In this document: piece by piece, positions 1 to 13,874 of the stretch
Layout of the letters: each line of letters opens with the position of its first letter
Position numbering within the stretch: the stretch's first letter is position 1
NCBI GenBank assembly: GCA_964016885.1
Contig: OZ024742.1
Location: 16,492,001 to 16,556,000, forward strand
Reading direction: 5' to 3'
Length of the DNA stretch: 64,000 nucleotides
DNA from: Eledone cirrhosa
Lineage: Eukaryota
The notes under the pieces: model-generated
Databases searched by the model: none
Told to the model about the DNA's origin: nothing
What the model saw: only the letters and a program-made list of their open reading frames with translations
Made by a program: the position numbers and the translations under genes

Positions 1-2250
1 GTAGTGACAGTGATGTTGACAACTGTAATATTAACAATGATGGTAGTAACAGTGATGTTGACAACTGTAGTATTAACAATGATGATAGTGACAGTGATGT
101 TGACAACTGTAGTATTAACAATGCTGGTAGTAACAGTGATGTTGACATCTGCAATATTAACAATGATGGTAGTGACAGTGATGTTGACAACTGTAGTATT
201 AACAATGATGGTAGTGACAGTGATGTTGACAACTGTAGTATTAACAATGATGGTAGTGACAGTGATGTTGACAACTGTAATATTAACAATGATGGTAGTA
301 ACAGTGATGTTGACAACTGTAGTATTAACAATGATGATATTGCCAGTGATGTTGACAACTGTAATATTAACAATGATGGTAGTGACAGTGATGTTGACAT
401 CTGCAATATTAACAATGATGGTAGTAACAGTGATGTTGACAACTGTAGTATTAAAAATGATGGTAGTGACATTGATGTTGACAACTGTAGTATTAAAAAT
501 GATGGTAGTAACAGTGATGTTGACAACTGTAATATTAACAATGATGGTAGTGACAGTGATGTTGACAACTGTACTATTAACAATGATGGTAGTGACAGTG
601 ATGTTGACAACTGTAGTATTAACAATGCTGGTAGTAACAGTGATGTTGACATCTGCAATATTAACAATGATTGTAGTGACAGTGATGTTGACAACTGTAG
701 TATTAACAATGATGGTAGTAACATTGATGTTGACAACTGTAATATTAACAATGATGGTAGTGACAATGATGTTGACAACTGTAATATTAACAATGATGGT
801 AGTAACAGTGATGTTGACAACTTTAGTATTAACAATGATGGTAGTGACAGTGATGTTGACAACTGTAGTATTAACAATGATGGTAGTAACAGTGATGTTG
901 ACAACTGTAATATTAACAATGATGGTAGTGACAATGATGTTGACAACTGTAATATTAACAATGATGGTAGTAACAGTGATGTTGACAACTGGAGTATTAA
1001 CAATGATGGTAGTGACAGTGATGTTAACAACTGTAGTATTAACAATGATGGTAGTGACATTTATGTTGACAACTGTAATAGTAACAATGATGGTAGTGAC
1101 AGTGATGTTGACAACTGTAGTATTAACAATGATGGTAGTGAGAGTGATGTTGACAACTGTAATATTAACAATGATGGTAGTGACAGTGATGTTGACAACT
1201 GTAGTATTAACAATGATGATATTGACAGTGATGTTGACAACTGTAGTATTAACAATGCTGGTAGTAACAGTGATGTTGACATCTGCAATATTAACAAAGA
1301 TGGTAGTGACAGTGATGTTGACAACTGTAGTATTAACAATGCTAGTAGTAACAGTGATGTTGACATCTGCAATATTAACAATGATGGTAGTGACAGTGAT
1401 GTTGACAACTGGAGTATTAACAATGATGGTAGTAACAGTGATGTTGACAACTGTAGTATTAACAATGATGGTAGTAACAGTGATGTTGACAACTGTAATA
1501 TTAACAATGATGGTAGTGACAGTGATGTTGACAACTGTAGTATTAACAATGATGGTAGTGACAGTGATTTTGAGAACTGTAGTATTAACAATGATGGTAG
1601 TGACAGTGATGTTGACAACTGTAGTATTAACAATGATGGTAATGACTGTGATGTTGACAACTGGAGTATTAACAATGATGGTAGTAACAGTGATGTTGAC
1701 AACTGTAGTATTAACAATGATGGTAATGACTGTGATGTTGACAACTTTAGTATTAACAATGATGGTAGTAACAGTGATGTTGACAACTGTAGTATTAACA
1801 ATGATGGTAGTGACAGTGATGTTGACAACTGTAGTATTAACAATGATGGTAGTAACAGTGATGTTGACAACTGTAGTATTAACAATGATGGTAGTATCAG
1901 TTATGTTGACAACTGTAATATTAACAATGATGGTAGTAACAGTGATGTTGACAACTGTAGTATTAACAATGATGGTAGTAACAGTGATGTTGACAACTGT
2001 AGTATTAACAATGATGGTAGTGACAGTGATGTTGACAACTGTAGTATTAACAATGATGGTAGTGACAGTGATGTTGACAACTGTAATATTAACAATGATG
2101 GTAGTAACAGTGATGTTGACAACTGTAATATATACAATGATGGTAGTGACAGTGATGTTGACAACTGTAATATTAACAATGATGGTAGTGTCAGTGATGT
2201 TGACAACTGTAATATTAACAATGATGGTAGTGACAGTGATGTTGACAACT
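1..2250. repeat. Variant block near-identical to 41082-43330 (offset 41,081 bp); related partial copies near 34.8-36.8 kb and 45.7-47.1 kb
   Basis: The rare variants occur in the same order in both copies (attaaaaat twice, gattgt, gacatttat, aacaaagat, gctagtagt, tttgag, atcagttat, atatac, gtcagt). Minus-strand ORFs 1061-1885 and 42142-42966 have the same 274-aa translation. Confidence 0.9.
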
Positions 2251-4289
2251 GTAATATTAACAATGATGGTAGTGACAGTGATGTTGACAACTGTAATATT
2301 AACAATGATGGTAGTGACAGTGATGTTGACAACTGTAATATTAACAATGATGGTAGTGACAGTGATGTTGACAACTGTAATATTAACAATGATGGTAGTA
2401 ACAGTGATGGTGACAACTGTAGTATTAACAATGATGGTAGTAACAGTGATGTTGACAACTGTAATATTAACAATGATGGTAGTGACAGTGATGTTGACAA
2501 CTGTAGTATTAACAATGATGGTAGTGACAGTGATGTTGACAACTGTAATATTAACAATGATGGTAGTGACAGTGATGTTGACAACTGTAATATTAACAAT
2601 GATGGTAGTGACAGTGATGTTGACAACTGTAATATTAACAATGATGGTAGTAACAGTGATGGTGACAACTGTAGTATTAACAATGATGGTAGTAACAGTG
2701 ATGTTGACAACTGTAATATTAACAATGATGGTAGTGACAGTGATGTTGACAACTGTAGTATTAACAATGATGGTAGTGACAGTGATGTTGACAACTGTAA
2801 TATTAACAATGATGGTAGTAACAGTGATGGTGACAACTGTAGTATTAACAATGATGATATTGCCAGTGATGTTGACAACTCAAATATTAACAATGATGGT
2901 AGTAACAGTGATGTTGACAACTGTAGTATTAACAATCATGGTAGTGACAGTGATTTTGACAACTGTAATATTAACAATGATGGTAGTGACAGTGATGTTG
3001 ACAACTGTAGTATTAACAATCATGGTAGTGACAGTGATGTTGACAACTCAAATATTAACAATGATGGTAGTAACAGTGATGTTGACAACTGTAGTATTAA
3101 CAATCATGGTAGTGACAGTGATGTTGACAACTGTAATATTAACAATGATGGTAGTGACAGTGATGTTGACAACTGTAGTATTAACAATGATGGCAGTGAC
3201 AGTGATGTTGACAACTGTAGTATTAACAATGATGGTAATGACTGTGATGTTGACAACTGGAGTATTAACAATGATGGTAGTAACAGTGATGTTGACAACT
3301 GTAGTATTAACAATGATGGTAGTGACAGTGATGTTGACAACTGTAATATTAACAATGATGGTAGTAACAGTGATGTTGACAACTGTAGTATTAACAATGA
3401 TGGTAGTGACAGTGATGTTGACAACTGTAATATTAACAATGATGGTAGTAACAGTGATGTTGACAACTGTAGTATTAACAATGATGGTAATGACTGTGAT
3501 GTTGACAACTGTAATATTAACAATGATGGTAGTAACAGTGATGGTGACAACTGTAGTATTAACAATGATGGTAGTGACATTGATGTTGACAATTGTAGTA
3601 TTAACGATGATGGTAGTGACAGTGATGTTGACAACTGTAATATTAACAATGATGATAGTAGCAGTGATGTTGACAACTGTAGTATTAACAATGATGATAT
3701 TGACAGTGATGTTGACAACTCAAATATTAACAATGATGGTAGTAACAGTGATGTTGACAGCTGTAGTATTAACAATGATGGTAGTGACAGTGATGTTGAC
3801 AACTGTAATATTAAAAATGATGGTAGTAACAGTGATGTTGACAACTGGAGTATTAACAATGATGATATTGACAGTGATGTTGACAACCGTAATATTAACA
3901 ATGATGGTAGTAACAGTGATGTTGACAACTGTAGTATTAACAATGATGGTAGTGACAGTGATGTTGACAACTGTAGTATTAACAATGATGGTAGTGACAG
4001 TGATGATGACAACCAACTGTAATATTAACAATGATGGTAGTGACAGTGATGTTGACAACTGTAGTATTAACAATGATGATATTGCCAGTGATGTTGACAA
4101 CTGTAATATTAACAATGATGGTAGTGACAGTGATGTTGACAACTGTAATATTAACAATGATGGTAGTGACAGTGATGTTGACAACTGTAATATTAACAAT
4201 GATGGTAGTGACAGTGATGTTGACAACTGTAATATTAACAATGATGGTAGTGACAGTGATGTTGACAACTGTAATATTAACAATGATGG

Positions 4290-4860
4290 TAGTAACAGTG
4301 ATGGTGACAACTGTAGTATTAACAATGATGATATTGCCAGTGATGTTGACAACTGTAATATTAACAATGATGGTAGTGACAGTGATGTTGACAACTGTAA
4401 TATTAACAATGATGGTAGTGACAGTGATGTTGACAACTGTAATATTAACAATGATGGTAGTAACAGTGATGGTGACAACTGTAGTATTAACAATGATGAT
4501 ATTGCCAGTGATGTTGACAACTGTAATATTAACAATGATGGTAGTGACAATGATGTTGACAACTGTAATATTAACAATGATGGTAGTGACAGTGATGTTG
4601 ACAACTGTAATATTAACAATGATGGTAGTAACAGTGATGGTGACAACTGTAGTATTAACAATGATGATATTGCCAGTGATGTTGACAACTGTAATATTAA
4701 CAATGATGGTAGTGACAGTGATGTTGACAACTGTAATATTAACAATGATGGTAGTGACAGTGATGTTGACAACTGTAATATTAACAATGATGGTAGTAAC
4801 AGTGATGGTGACAACTGTAGTATTAACAATGATGATATTGCCAGTGATGTTGACAACTGT
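4290..4860. repeat. Local 168-bp (4-monomer) higher-order repeat; similar runs at ~10350-10920, ~21050-21450 and ~29720-29960
   Basis: The variant pair gatggtgac followed by gatgatattgcc recurs at ~4330, 4498, 4666 and 4834, and at ~10392, 10560, 10728 and 10896. Confidence 0.85.
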
Positions 4861-7800
4861 AGTATTAACAATGATGGCAGTGACAGTGATGTTGACAACT
4901 GTAGTATTAACAATGATGGTAATGACTGTGATGTTGACAACTGGAGTATTAACAATGATGGTAGTAACAGTGATGTTGACAACTGTAGTATTAACAATGA
5001 TGGTAGTGACAGTGATGTTGACAACTGTAATATTAACAATGATGGTAGTAACAGTGATGTTGACAACTGTAGTATTAACAATGATGGTAGTGACAGTGAT
5101 GTTGACAACTGTAATATTAACAATGATGGTAGTAACAGTGATGTTGACAACTGTAGTATTAACAATGATGGTAATGACTGTGATGTTGACAACTGTAATA
5201 TTAACAATGATGGTAGTAACAGTGATGGTGACAACTGTAGTATTAACAATGATGGTAGTGACATTGATGTTGACAATTGTAGTATTAACGATGATGGTAG
5301 TGACAGTGATGTTGACAACTGTAATATTAACAATGATGATAGTAGCAGTGATGTTGACAACTGTAGTATTAACAATGATGATATTGACAGTGATGTTGAC
5401 AACTCAAATATTAACAATGATGGTAGTAACAGTGATGTTGACAGCTGTAGTATTAACAATGATGGTAGTGACAGTGATGTTGACAACTGTAATATTAAAA
5501 ATGATGGTAGTAACAGTGATGTTGACAACTGGAGTATTAACAATGATGATATTGACAGTGATGTTGACAACCGTAATATTAACAATGATGGTAGTAACAG
5601 TGATGTTGACAACTGTAGTATTAACAATGATGGTAGTGACAGTGATGTTGACAACTGTAGTATTAACAATGATGGTAGTGACAGTGATGATGACAACCAA
5701 CTGTAATATTAACAATGATGGTAGTGACAGTGATGTTGACAACTGTAGTATTAACAATGATGGTAGTGACAGTGATGTTGACAACTGTAGTATTAACAAT
5801 GATGGTAGTAACAGTGATGTTGACAACTGTAGTATTAACAATGATGGTAGTAACAGTGATGTTGACAACTGTAGTATTAACAATGATGGTAGTAACAGTG
5901 ATGTTGACAACTGTAGTGTTAACAATGATGATATTGACAGTGATGTTGACAACTGTAGTATTAACAATGATGGTAGTGACAGTGATGTTGAAAACTTTAG
6001 TATTAACAATGATGATATTGACAGTGATGTTGACAACTGTAGTATTAACAATGATGGTAGTGACAGTGATGTTGACAACTGTAGTATTAACAATGATGGT
6101 AGTAACAGTGATGTAGACAACTGTAGTATTAACAATGATGATAGTGAGAGTGATGTTGACAACTGTAATATTAACAATGATGGTTGTGACAGTGATGTTG
6201 ACAACTGTAGTATTAACATTGATGGTAGTGACAGTGATGTTGACAACTGTAGTATTAACAATGATGGTAGTCACAGTGATGTTGACAACTGTAATATTGA
6301 CAATGATGGTAGTGACAATGATGTTGACAACTCTAATATTAACAATGATGGTAGTAACAGTGATGTTGACAAATGTAGTATTAACAATGATGGTAGTGAC
6401 ATTGATGTTGACAACTGTAATATTAACAATGATGGTAGTAACAGTGATGTTAACAACTGTAGTATTAACAATGATGGTAGTGACATTGATGTTGACAACT
6501 GTAATAGTAACAATGATGGTAGTGACAGTGATGTTGACAACTGTAGTATTAACAATGACGGTAGTAACAGTGATGTTGACAACTGTAATATTAACAAAGA
6601 TGATAGTGACAGTGATGTTGACAACTGTAGTATTAACAATGCTGGTAGTAACAGTGATGTTGACATCTGCAATATTAACAATGATGGTAGTGACAGTGAT
6701 GTTGACAACTGGAGTATTAACAATGATGGTAGTGACAGTGATGTTGACAACTGTAGTATTAACAATGATGGTAGTGACAGTGATTTTGAGAACTGTAGTA
6801 TTAACAATGATGGTAGTGACAGTGATGTTGACAACTGTAGTATTAACAATGATGGTAGTGACAGTGATGTTGACAACTGGAGTATTAACAATGATGGTAG
6901 TAACAGTGATGTTGACAACTGTAGTATTAACAATGATGGTAATGACTGTGATGTTGACAACTGGAGTATTAACAATGATGGTAGTAACAGTGATGTTGAC
7001 AACTGTAGTATTAACAATGATGGTAGTGACAGTGATGTTGACAACTGTAATATTAACAATGATGGTAGTAACAGTGATGTTGACAACTGTAGTATTAACA
7101 ATGATGGTAGTGACAGTGATGTTGACAACTGTAATATTAACAATGATGGTAGTAACAGTGATGTTGACAACTGTAGTATTAACAATGATGGTAATGACTG
7201 TGATGTTGACAACTGTAATATTAACAATGATGGTAGTAACAGTGATGGTGACAACTGTAGTATTAACAATGATGGTAGTGACATTGATGTTGACAACTGT
7301 AGTATTAACGATGATGGTAGTGACAGTGATGTTGACAACTGTAATATTAACAATGATGATAGTAACAGTGATGTTGACAACTGTAGTATTAACAATGATG
7401 ATATTGACAGTGATGTTGACAACTCAAATATTAACAATGATGGTAGTAACAGTGATGTTGACAGCTGTAGTATTAACAATGATGGTAGTGACAGTGATGT
7501 TGACAACTGTAATATTAAAAATGATGGTAGTAACAGTGATGTTGACAACTGGAGTATTAACAATGATGATATTGACAGTGATGTTGACAACCGTAATATT
7601 AACAATGATGGTAGTAACAGTGATGTTGACAACTGTAGTATTAACAATGATGGTAGTGACAGTGATGTTGACAACTGTAGTATTAACAATGATGGTAGTG
7701 ACAGTGATGATGACAACCAACTGTAATATTAACAATGATGGTAGTGACAGTGATGTTGACAACTGTAGTATTAACAATAATGGTAGTAACAGTGATGTTG

Positions 7801-10800
7801 ACAACTGTAGTATTAACAATGATGGTATTGACAGTGATGTTGACAACTGTAGTATTAACAATGATGGTAGTAACAGTGATGTTGATAACTGTAGTATTAA
7901 CAATGATGGTAGTGACAGTGATGTTGACGACTGTAGTATTAACAATGATGGTAGTAACAGTGATGTTGACAACTGTAGTATTAACAATGATGGTAGCGAC
8001 AGTGATGTTGACAACTGTAGTATTAACAATGATGGTAGTGACAGTGATGTTGACAACTGTAATATTAACAATGATGGTTGTGACAGTGATGTTGACAACT
8101 GTAGTATTAACAATGATGATAGTGACAGTGATGTTGACAACTGTAGTATTAACAATGATGGTAGTAACAGTGATGTTGACAACTGTAATATTAACAATGA
8201 TGATAGTAACAGTGATGTAGACAACTGTAGTATTAACAATGATGATATTGACAGTGATGTTGACAACTGAAATATTAACAATGTTGGTAGTAACAGTGAT
8301 GTTGACAACTGTAGTATTTACAATGATGGTAGTGACAGTGATGTTGACAACTGTAATATTAAAAATGATGGTAGTAACAGTGATGTTGACAACTGGAGTA
8401 TTAACAATGATGATATTGACAGTGATGTTAACAACTGTAATATTAACAATGATGGTAGTAACAGTGATGTTGACAACTGTAGTATTAACAATGATGGTAG
8501 TGACAGTGATGTTGACAACTGTAGTATTAACAATGATGGTAGTGACAGTAATGTTAAGAACTGTAGTATTAACAATGATGGTAGTGACAGTGATGTTGAC
8601 AACGGTAGTATTAACAATAATGGTAGTGACAGTGATGTTGACAACTGTAATATTAACAATGATGGTAGTGACAGTGATGTTGACAACTGTAGTATTAACA
8701 ATGATGATATTGCCAGTGATGTTGACAACTGTAATATTAACAATGATGGTAGTGACAGTGATGTTGACAACTGTAATATTAACAATGATGGTAGTAACAG
8801 TGATGGTGACAACTGTAGGATTAACAATGATGATATTGCCAGTGATGTTGACAACTGTAATATTAACAATGATGGTAGTGACAGTGATGTTGACAACTGT
8901 AGTATTAACAATAATGGTAGTGACAGTGATGTTGACAACTGTAATATTAACAATGATGGTAGTAACAGTGATGGTGACAACTGTAGTATTAACAATGATG
9001 ATATTGCCAGTGATGTTGACAACTGTAATATTAACAATGATGGTAGTGACAGTGATGTTGACAACTGTAATATTAACAATGATGGTAGTGACAGTGATGT
9101 TGACAACTGTAATATTAACAATGATGGTAGTAACAGTGATGGTGACAACTGTAGTATTAACAATGATGATATTGCCAGTGATGTTGACAACTGTAGTATT
9201 AACAATCATGGTAGTGACAGTGATTTTGAGAACTGTAGTATTAACAATGATGGCAGTGACAGTGATGTTGACAACTGTAGTATTAACAATGATGGTAATG
9301 ACTGTGATGTTGACAACTGGAGTATTAACAATGATGGTAGTAACAGTGATGTTGACAACTGTAGTATTAACAATCATGGTAGTGACAGTGATTTTGAGAA
9401 CTGTAGTATTAACAATGATGGCAGTGACAGTGATGTTGACAACTGGAGTATTAACAATGATGGTAGTGACAGTGATGTTGACAACTGTAATATTAACAAT
9501 GATGGTAGTAACAGTGATGTTGACAACTGTAGTATTAACAATGATGGTAGTGACAGTGATGTTGACAACTGTAATATTAACAATGATGGTAGTAACAGTG
9601 ATGTTGACAACTGTAGTATTAACAATGATGGTAATGACTGTGATGTTGACAACTGTAATATTAACAATGATGGTAGTAACAGTGATGGTGACAACTGTAG
9701 TATTAACAATGATGGTAGTAACAGTGATGTTGACACCCAACTGTAATATTAACAATGATGGTAGTGACAGTAATGTTAAGAACTTTAGTATTAACAATGA
9801 TGGTAGTGACAGTGATGTTGACAACTGTAGTATTAACAATGATGGTAATGACTGTGATGTTGACAACTGTAATATTAACAATGATGGTAGTGACAGTGAT
9901 GTTGACAACTGTAGTATTAACAATGATGGTAGTAACAGTGATGTTGACACCCAACTGTAATATTAACAATGATGGTAGTGACAGTAATGTTAAGAACTGT
10001 AGTATTAACAATGATGGTAGTGACAGTGATGTTGACAACGGTAGTATTAACAATAATGGTAGTGACAGTGATGTTGACAACTGTAATATTAACAATGATG
10101 GTAGTGACAGTGATGTTGACAACTGTAGTATTAACAATGATGATATTGCCAGTGATGTTGACAACTGTAATATTAACAATGATGGTAGTGACAGTGATGT
10201 TGACAACTGTAATATTAACAATGATGGTAGTGACAGTGATGTTGACAACTGTAATATTAACAATGATGGTAGTGACAGTGATGTTGACAACTGTAATATT
10301 AACAATGATGGTAGTGACAGTGATGTTGACAACTGTAATATTAACAATGATGGTAGTAACAGTGATGGTGACAACTGTAGTATTAACAATGATGATATAG
10401 CCAGTGATGTTGACAACTGTAATATTAACAATGATGGTAGTGACAGTGATGTTGACAACTGTAATATTAACAATGATGGTAGTGACAGTGATGTTGACAA
10501 CTGTAATATTAACAATGATGCTAGTAACAGTGATGGTGACAACTGTAGTATTAACAATGATGATATTGCCAGTGATGTTGACAACTGTAATATTAACAAT
10601 GATGGTAGTGACAGTGATGTTGACAACTGTAATATTAACAATGATGGTAGTGACAGTGATGTTGACAACTGTAATATTAACAATGATGGTAGTAACAGTG
10701 ATGGTGACAACTGTAGTATTAACAATGATGATATTGCCAGTGATGTTGACAACTGTAATATTAACAATGATGGTAGTGACAGTGATGTTGACAACTGTAA

Positions 10801-13800
10801 TATTAACAATGATGGTAGTGACAGTGATGTTGACAACTGTAATATTAACAATGATGGTAGTAACAGTGATGGTGACAACTGTAGTATTAACAATGATGAT
10901 ATTGCCAGTGATGTTGACAACTGTAGTATTAACAATCATGGTAGTGACAGTGATTTTGAGAACTGTAGTATTAACAATGATGGCAGTGACAGTGATGTTG
11001 ACAACTGTAGTATTAACAATGATGGTAATGACTGTGATGTTGACAACTGGAGTATTAACAATGATGGTAGTAACAGTGATGTTGACAACTGTAGTATTAA
11101 CAATGATGGTAGTGACAGTGATGTTGACAACTGTAATATTAACAATGATGGTAGTAACAGTGATGTTGACAACTGTAGTATTAACAATGATGGTAGTGAC
11201 AGTGATGTTGACAACTGTAATATTAACAATGATGGTAGTAACAGTGATGTTGACAACTGTAGTATTAACAATGATGGTAATGACTGTGATGTTGACAACT
11301 GTAATATTAACAATGATGGTAGTAACAGTGATGGTGACAACTGTAGTATTAACAATGATGGTAGTGACATTGATGTTGACAATTGTAGTATTAACGATGA
11401 TGGTAGTGACAGTGATGTTGACAACTGTAATATTAACAATGATGATAGTAGCAGTGATGTTGACAACTGTAGTATTAACAATGATGATATTGACAGTGAT
11501 GTTGACAACTCAAATATTAACAATGATGGTAGTAACAGTGATGTTGACAGCTGTAGTATTAACAATGATGGTAGTGACAGTGATGTTGACAACTGTAATA
11601 TTAAAAATGATGGTAGTAACAGTGATGTTGACAACTGGAGTATTAACAATGATGATATTGACAGTGATGTTGACAACCGTAATATTAACAATGATGGTAG
11701 TAACAGTGATGTTGACAACTGTAGTATTAACAATGATGGTAGTGACAGTGATGTTGACAACTGTAGTATTAACAATGATGGTAGTGACAGTGATGATGAC
11801 AACCAACTGTAATATTAACAATGATGGTAGTGACAGTGATGTTGACAACTGTAGTATTAACAATGATGGTAGTGACAGTGATGTTGACAACTGTAGTATT
11901 AACAATGATGGTAGTAACAGTGATGTTGACAACTGTAGTATTAACAATGATGGTAGTAACAGTGATGTTGACAACTGTAGTATTAACAATGATGGTAGTA
12001 ACAGTGATGTTGACAACTGTAGTGTTAACAATGATGATATTGACAGTGATGTTGACAACTGTAGTATTAACAATGATGGTAGTGACAGTGATGTTGAAAA
12101 CTTTAGTATTAACAATGATGATATTGACAGTGATGTTGACAACTGTAGTATTAACAATGATGGTAGTGACAGTGATGTTGACAACTGTAGTATTAACAAT
12201 GATGGTAGTAACAGTGATGTAGACAACTGTAGTATTAACAATGATGATAGTGAGAGTGATGTTGACAACTGTAATATTAACAATGATGGTTGTGACAGTG
12301 ATGTTGACAACTGTAGTATTAACATTGATGGTAGTGACAGTGATGTTGACAACTGTAGTATTAACAATGATGGTAGTCACAGTGATGTTGACAACTGTAA
12401 TATTGACAATGATGGTAGTGACAATGATGTTGACAACTCTAATATTAACAATGATGGTAGTAACAGTGATGTTGACAACTGTAGTATTAACAATGATGGT
12501 AGTGACAGTGATGTTAACAACTGTAGTATTAACAATGATGGTAGTGACATTGATGTTGACAACTGTAATAGTAACAATGATGGTAGTGACAGTGATGTTG
12601 ACAACTGTAGTATTAACAATGATGGTAGTAACAGTGATGTTGACAACTGTAATATTAACAAAGATGATAGTGACAGTGATGTTGACAACTGTAGTATTAA
12701 CAATGCTGGTAGTAACAGTGATGTTGACATCTGCAATATTAACAATGATGGTAGTGACAGTGATGTTGACAACTGGAGTATTAACAATGATGGTAGTGAC
12801 AGTGATGTTGACAACTGTAGTATTAACAATGATGGTAGTGACAGTGATTTTGAGAACTGTAGTATTAACAATGATGGTAGTGACAGTGATGTTGACAACT
12901 GTAGTATTAACAATGATGGTAGTGACAGTGATGTTGACAACTGTAGTATTAACAATGATGGTAGTAACAGTGATGTTGACAACTGTAGTATTAACAATGA
13001 TGGTAATGACTGTGATGTTGACAACTGGAGTATTAACAATGATGGTAGTAACAGTGATGTTGACAACTGTAGTATTAACAATGATGGTAGTGACAGTGAT
13101 GTTGACAACTGTAATATTAACAATGATGGTAGTAACAGTGATGTTGACAACTGTAGTATTAACAATGATGGTAGTGACAGTGATGTTGACAACTGTAATA
13201 TTAACAATGATGGTAGTAACAGTGATGTTGACAACTGTAGTATTAACAATGATGGTAATGACATTGATGTTGACAACTGTAGTATTAACGATGATGGTAG
13301 TGACAGTGATGTTGACAACTGTAGTATTAACAATGATGGTAGTGACAGTGATGTTGACAACTGTAATATTAACAATGATGGTAGTAACAGTGATGGTGAC
13401 AACTGTAGTATTAACAATGATGGTAGTGACATTGATGTTGACAACTGTAGTATTAACGATGATGGTAGTGACAGTGATGTTGACAACTGTAATATTAACA
13501 ATGATGATAGTAACAGTGATGTTGACAACTGTAGTATTAACAATGATGATATTGACAGTGATGTTGACAACTCAAATATTAACAATGATGGTAGTAACAG
13601 TGATGTTGACAGCTGTAGTATTAACAATGATGGTAGTGACAGTGATGTTGACAACTGTAATATTAAAAATGATGGTAGTAACAGTGATGTTGACAACTGG
13701 AGTATTAACAATGATGATATTGACAGTGATGTTGACAACCGTAATATTAACAATGATGGTAGTAACAGTGATGTTGACAACTGTAGTATTAACAATGATG

Positions 13801-13874
13801 GTAGTGACAGTGATGTTGACAACTGTAGTATTAACAATGATGGTAGTGACAGTGATGATGACAACCAACTGTAA

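Noticed and set aside
16-45. Sigma-70 promoter (perfect TTGACA -35 box in each monomer)
   Set aside because: There is no TATAAT-like -10 box at 16-18 bp spacing (the sequence there is GATGGT), and nothing indicates a bacterial context.
4-5706. Very long ORFs (1900 aa here, 2753 aa at 51344-59605, and many others on both strands) as protein-coding genes
   Set aside because: They follow from a 42-bp RNY repeat with four stop-free frames. They overlap on both strands, switch peptide type at indels, and have no unique N- or C-terminal domain.
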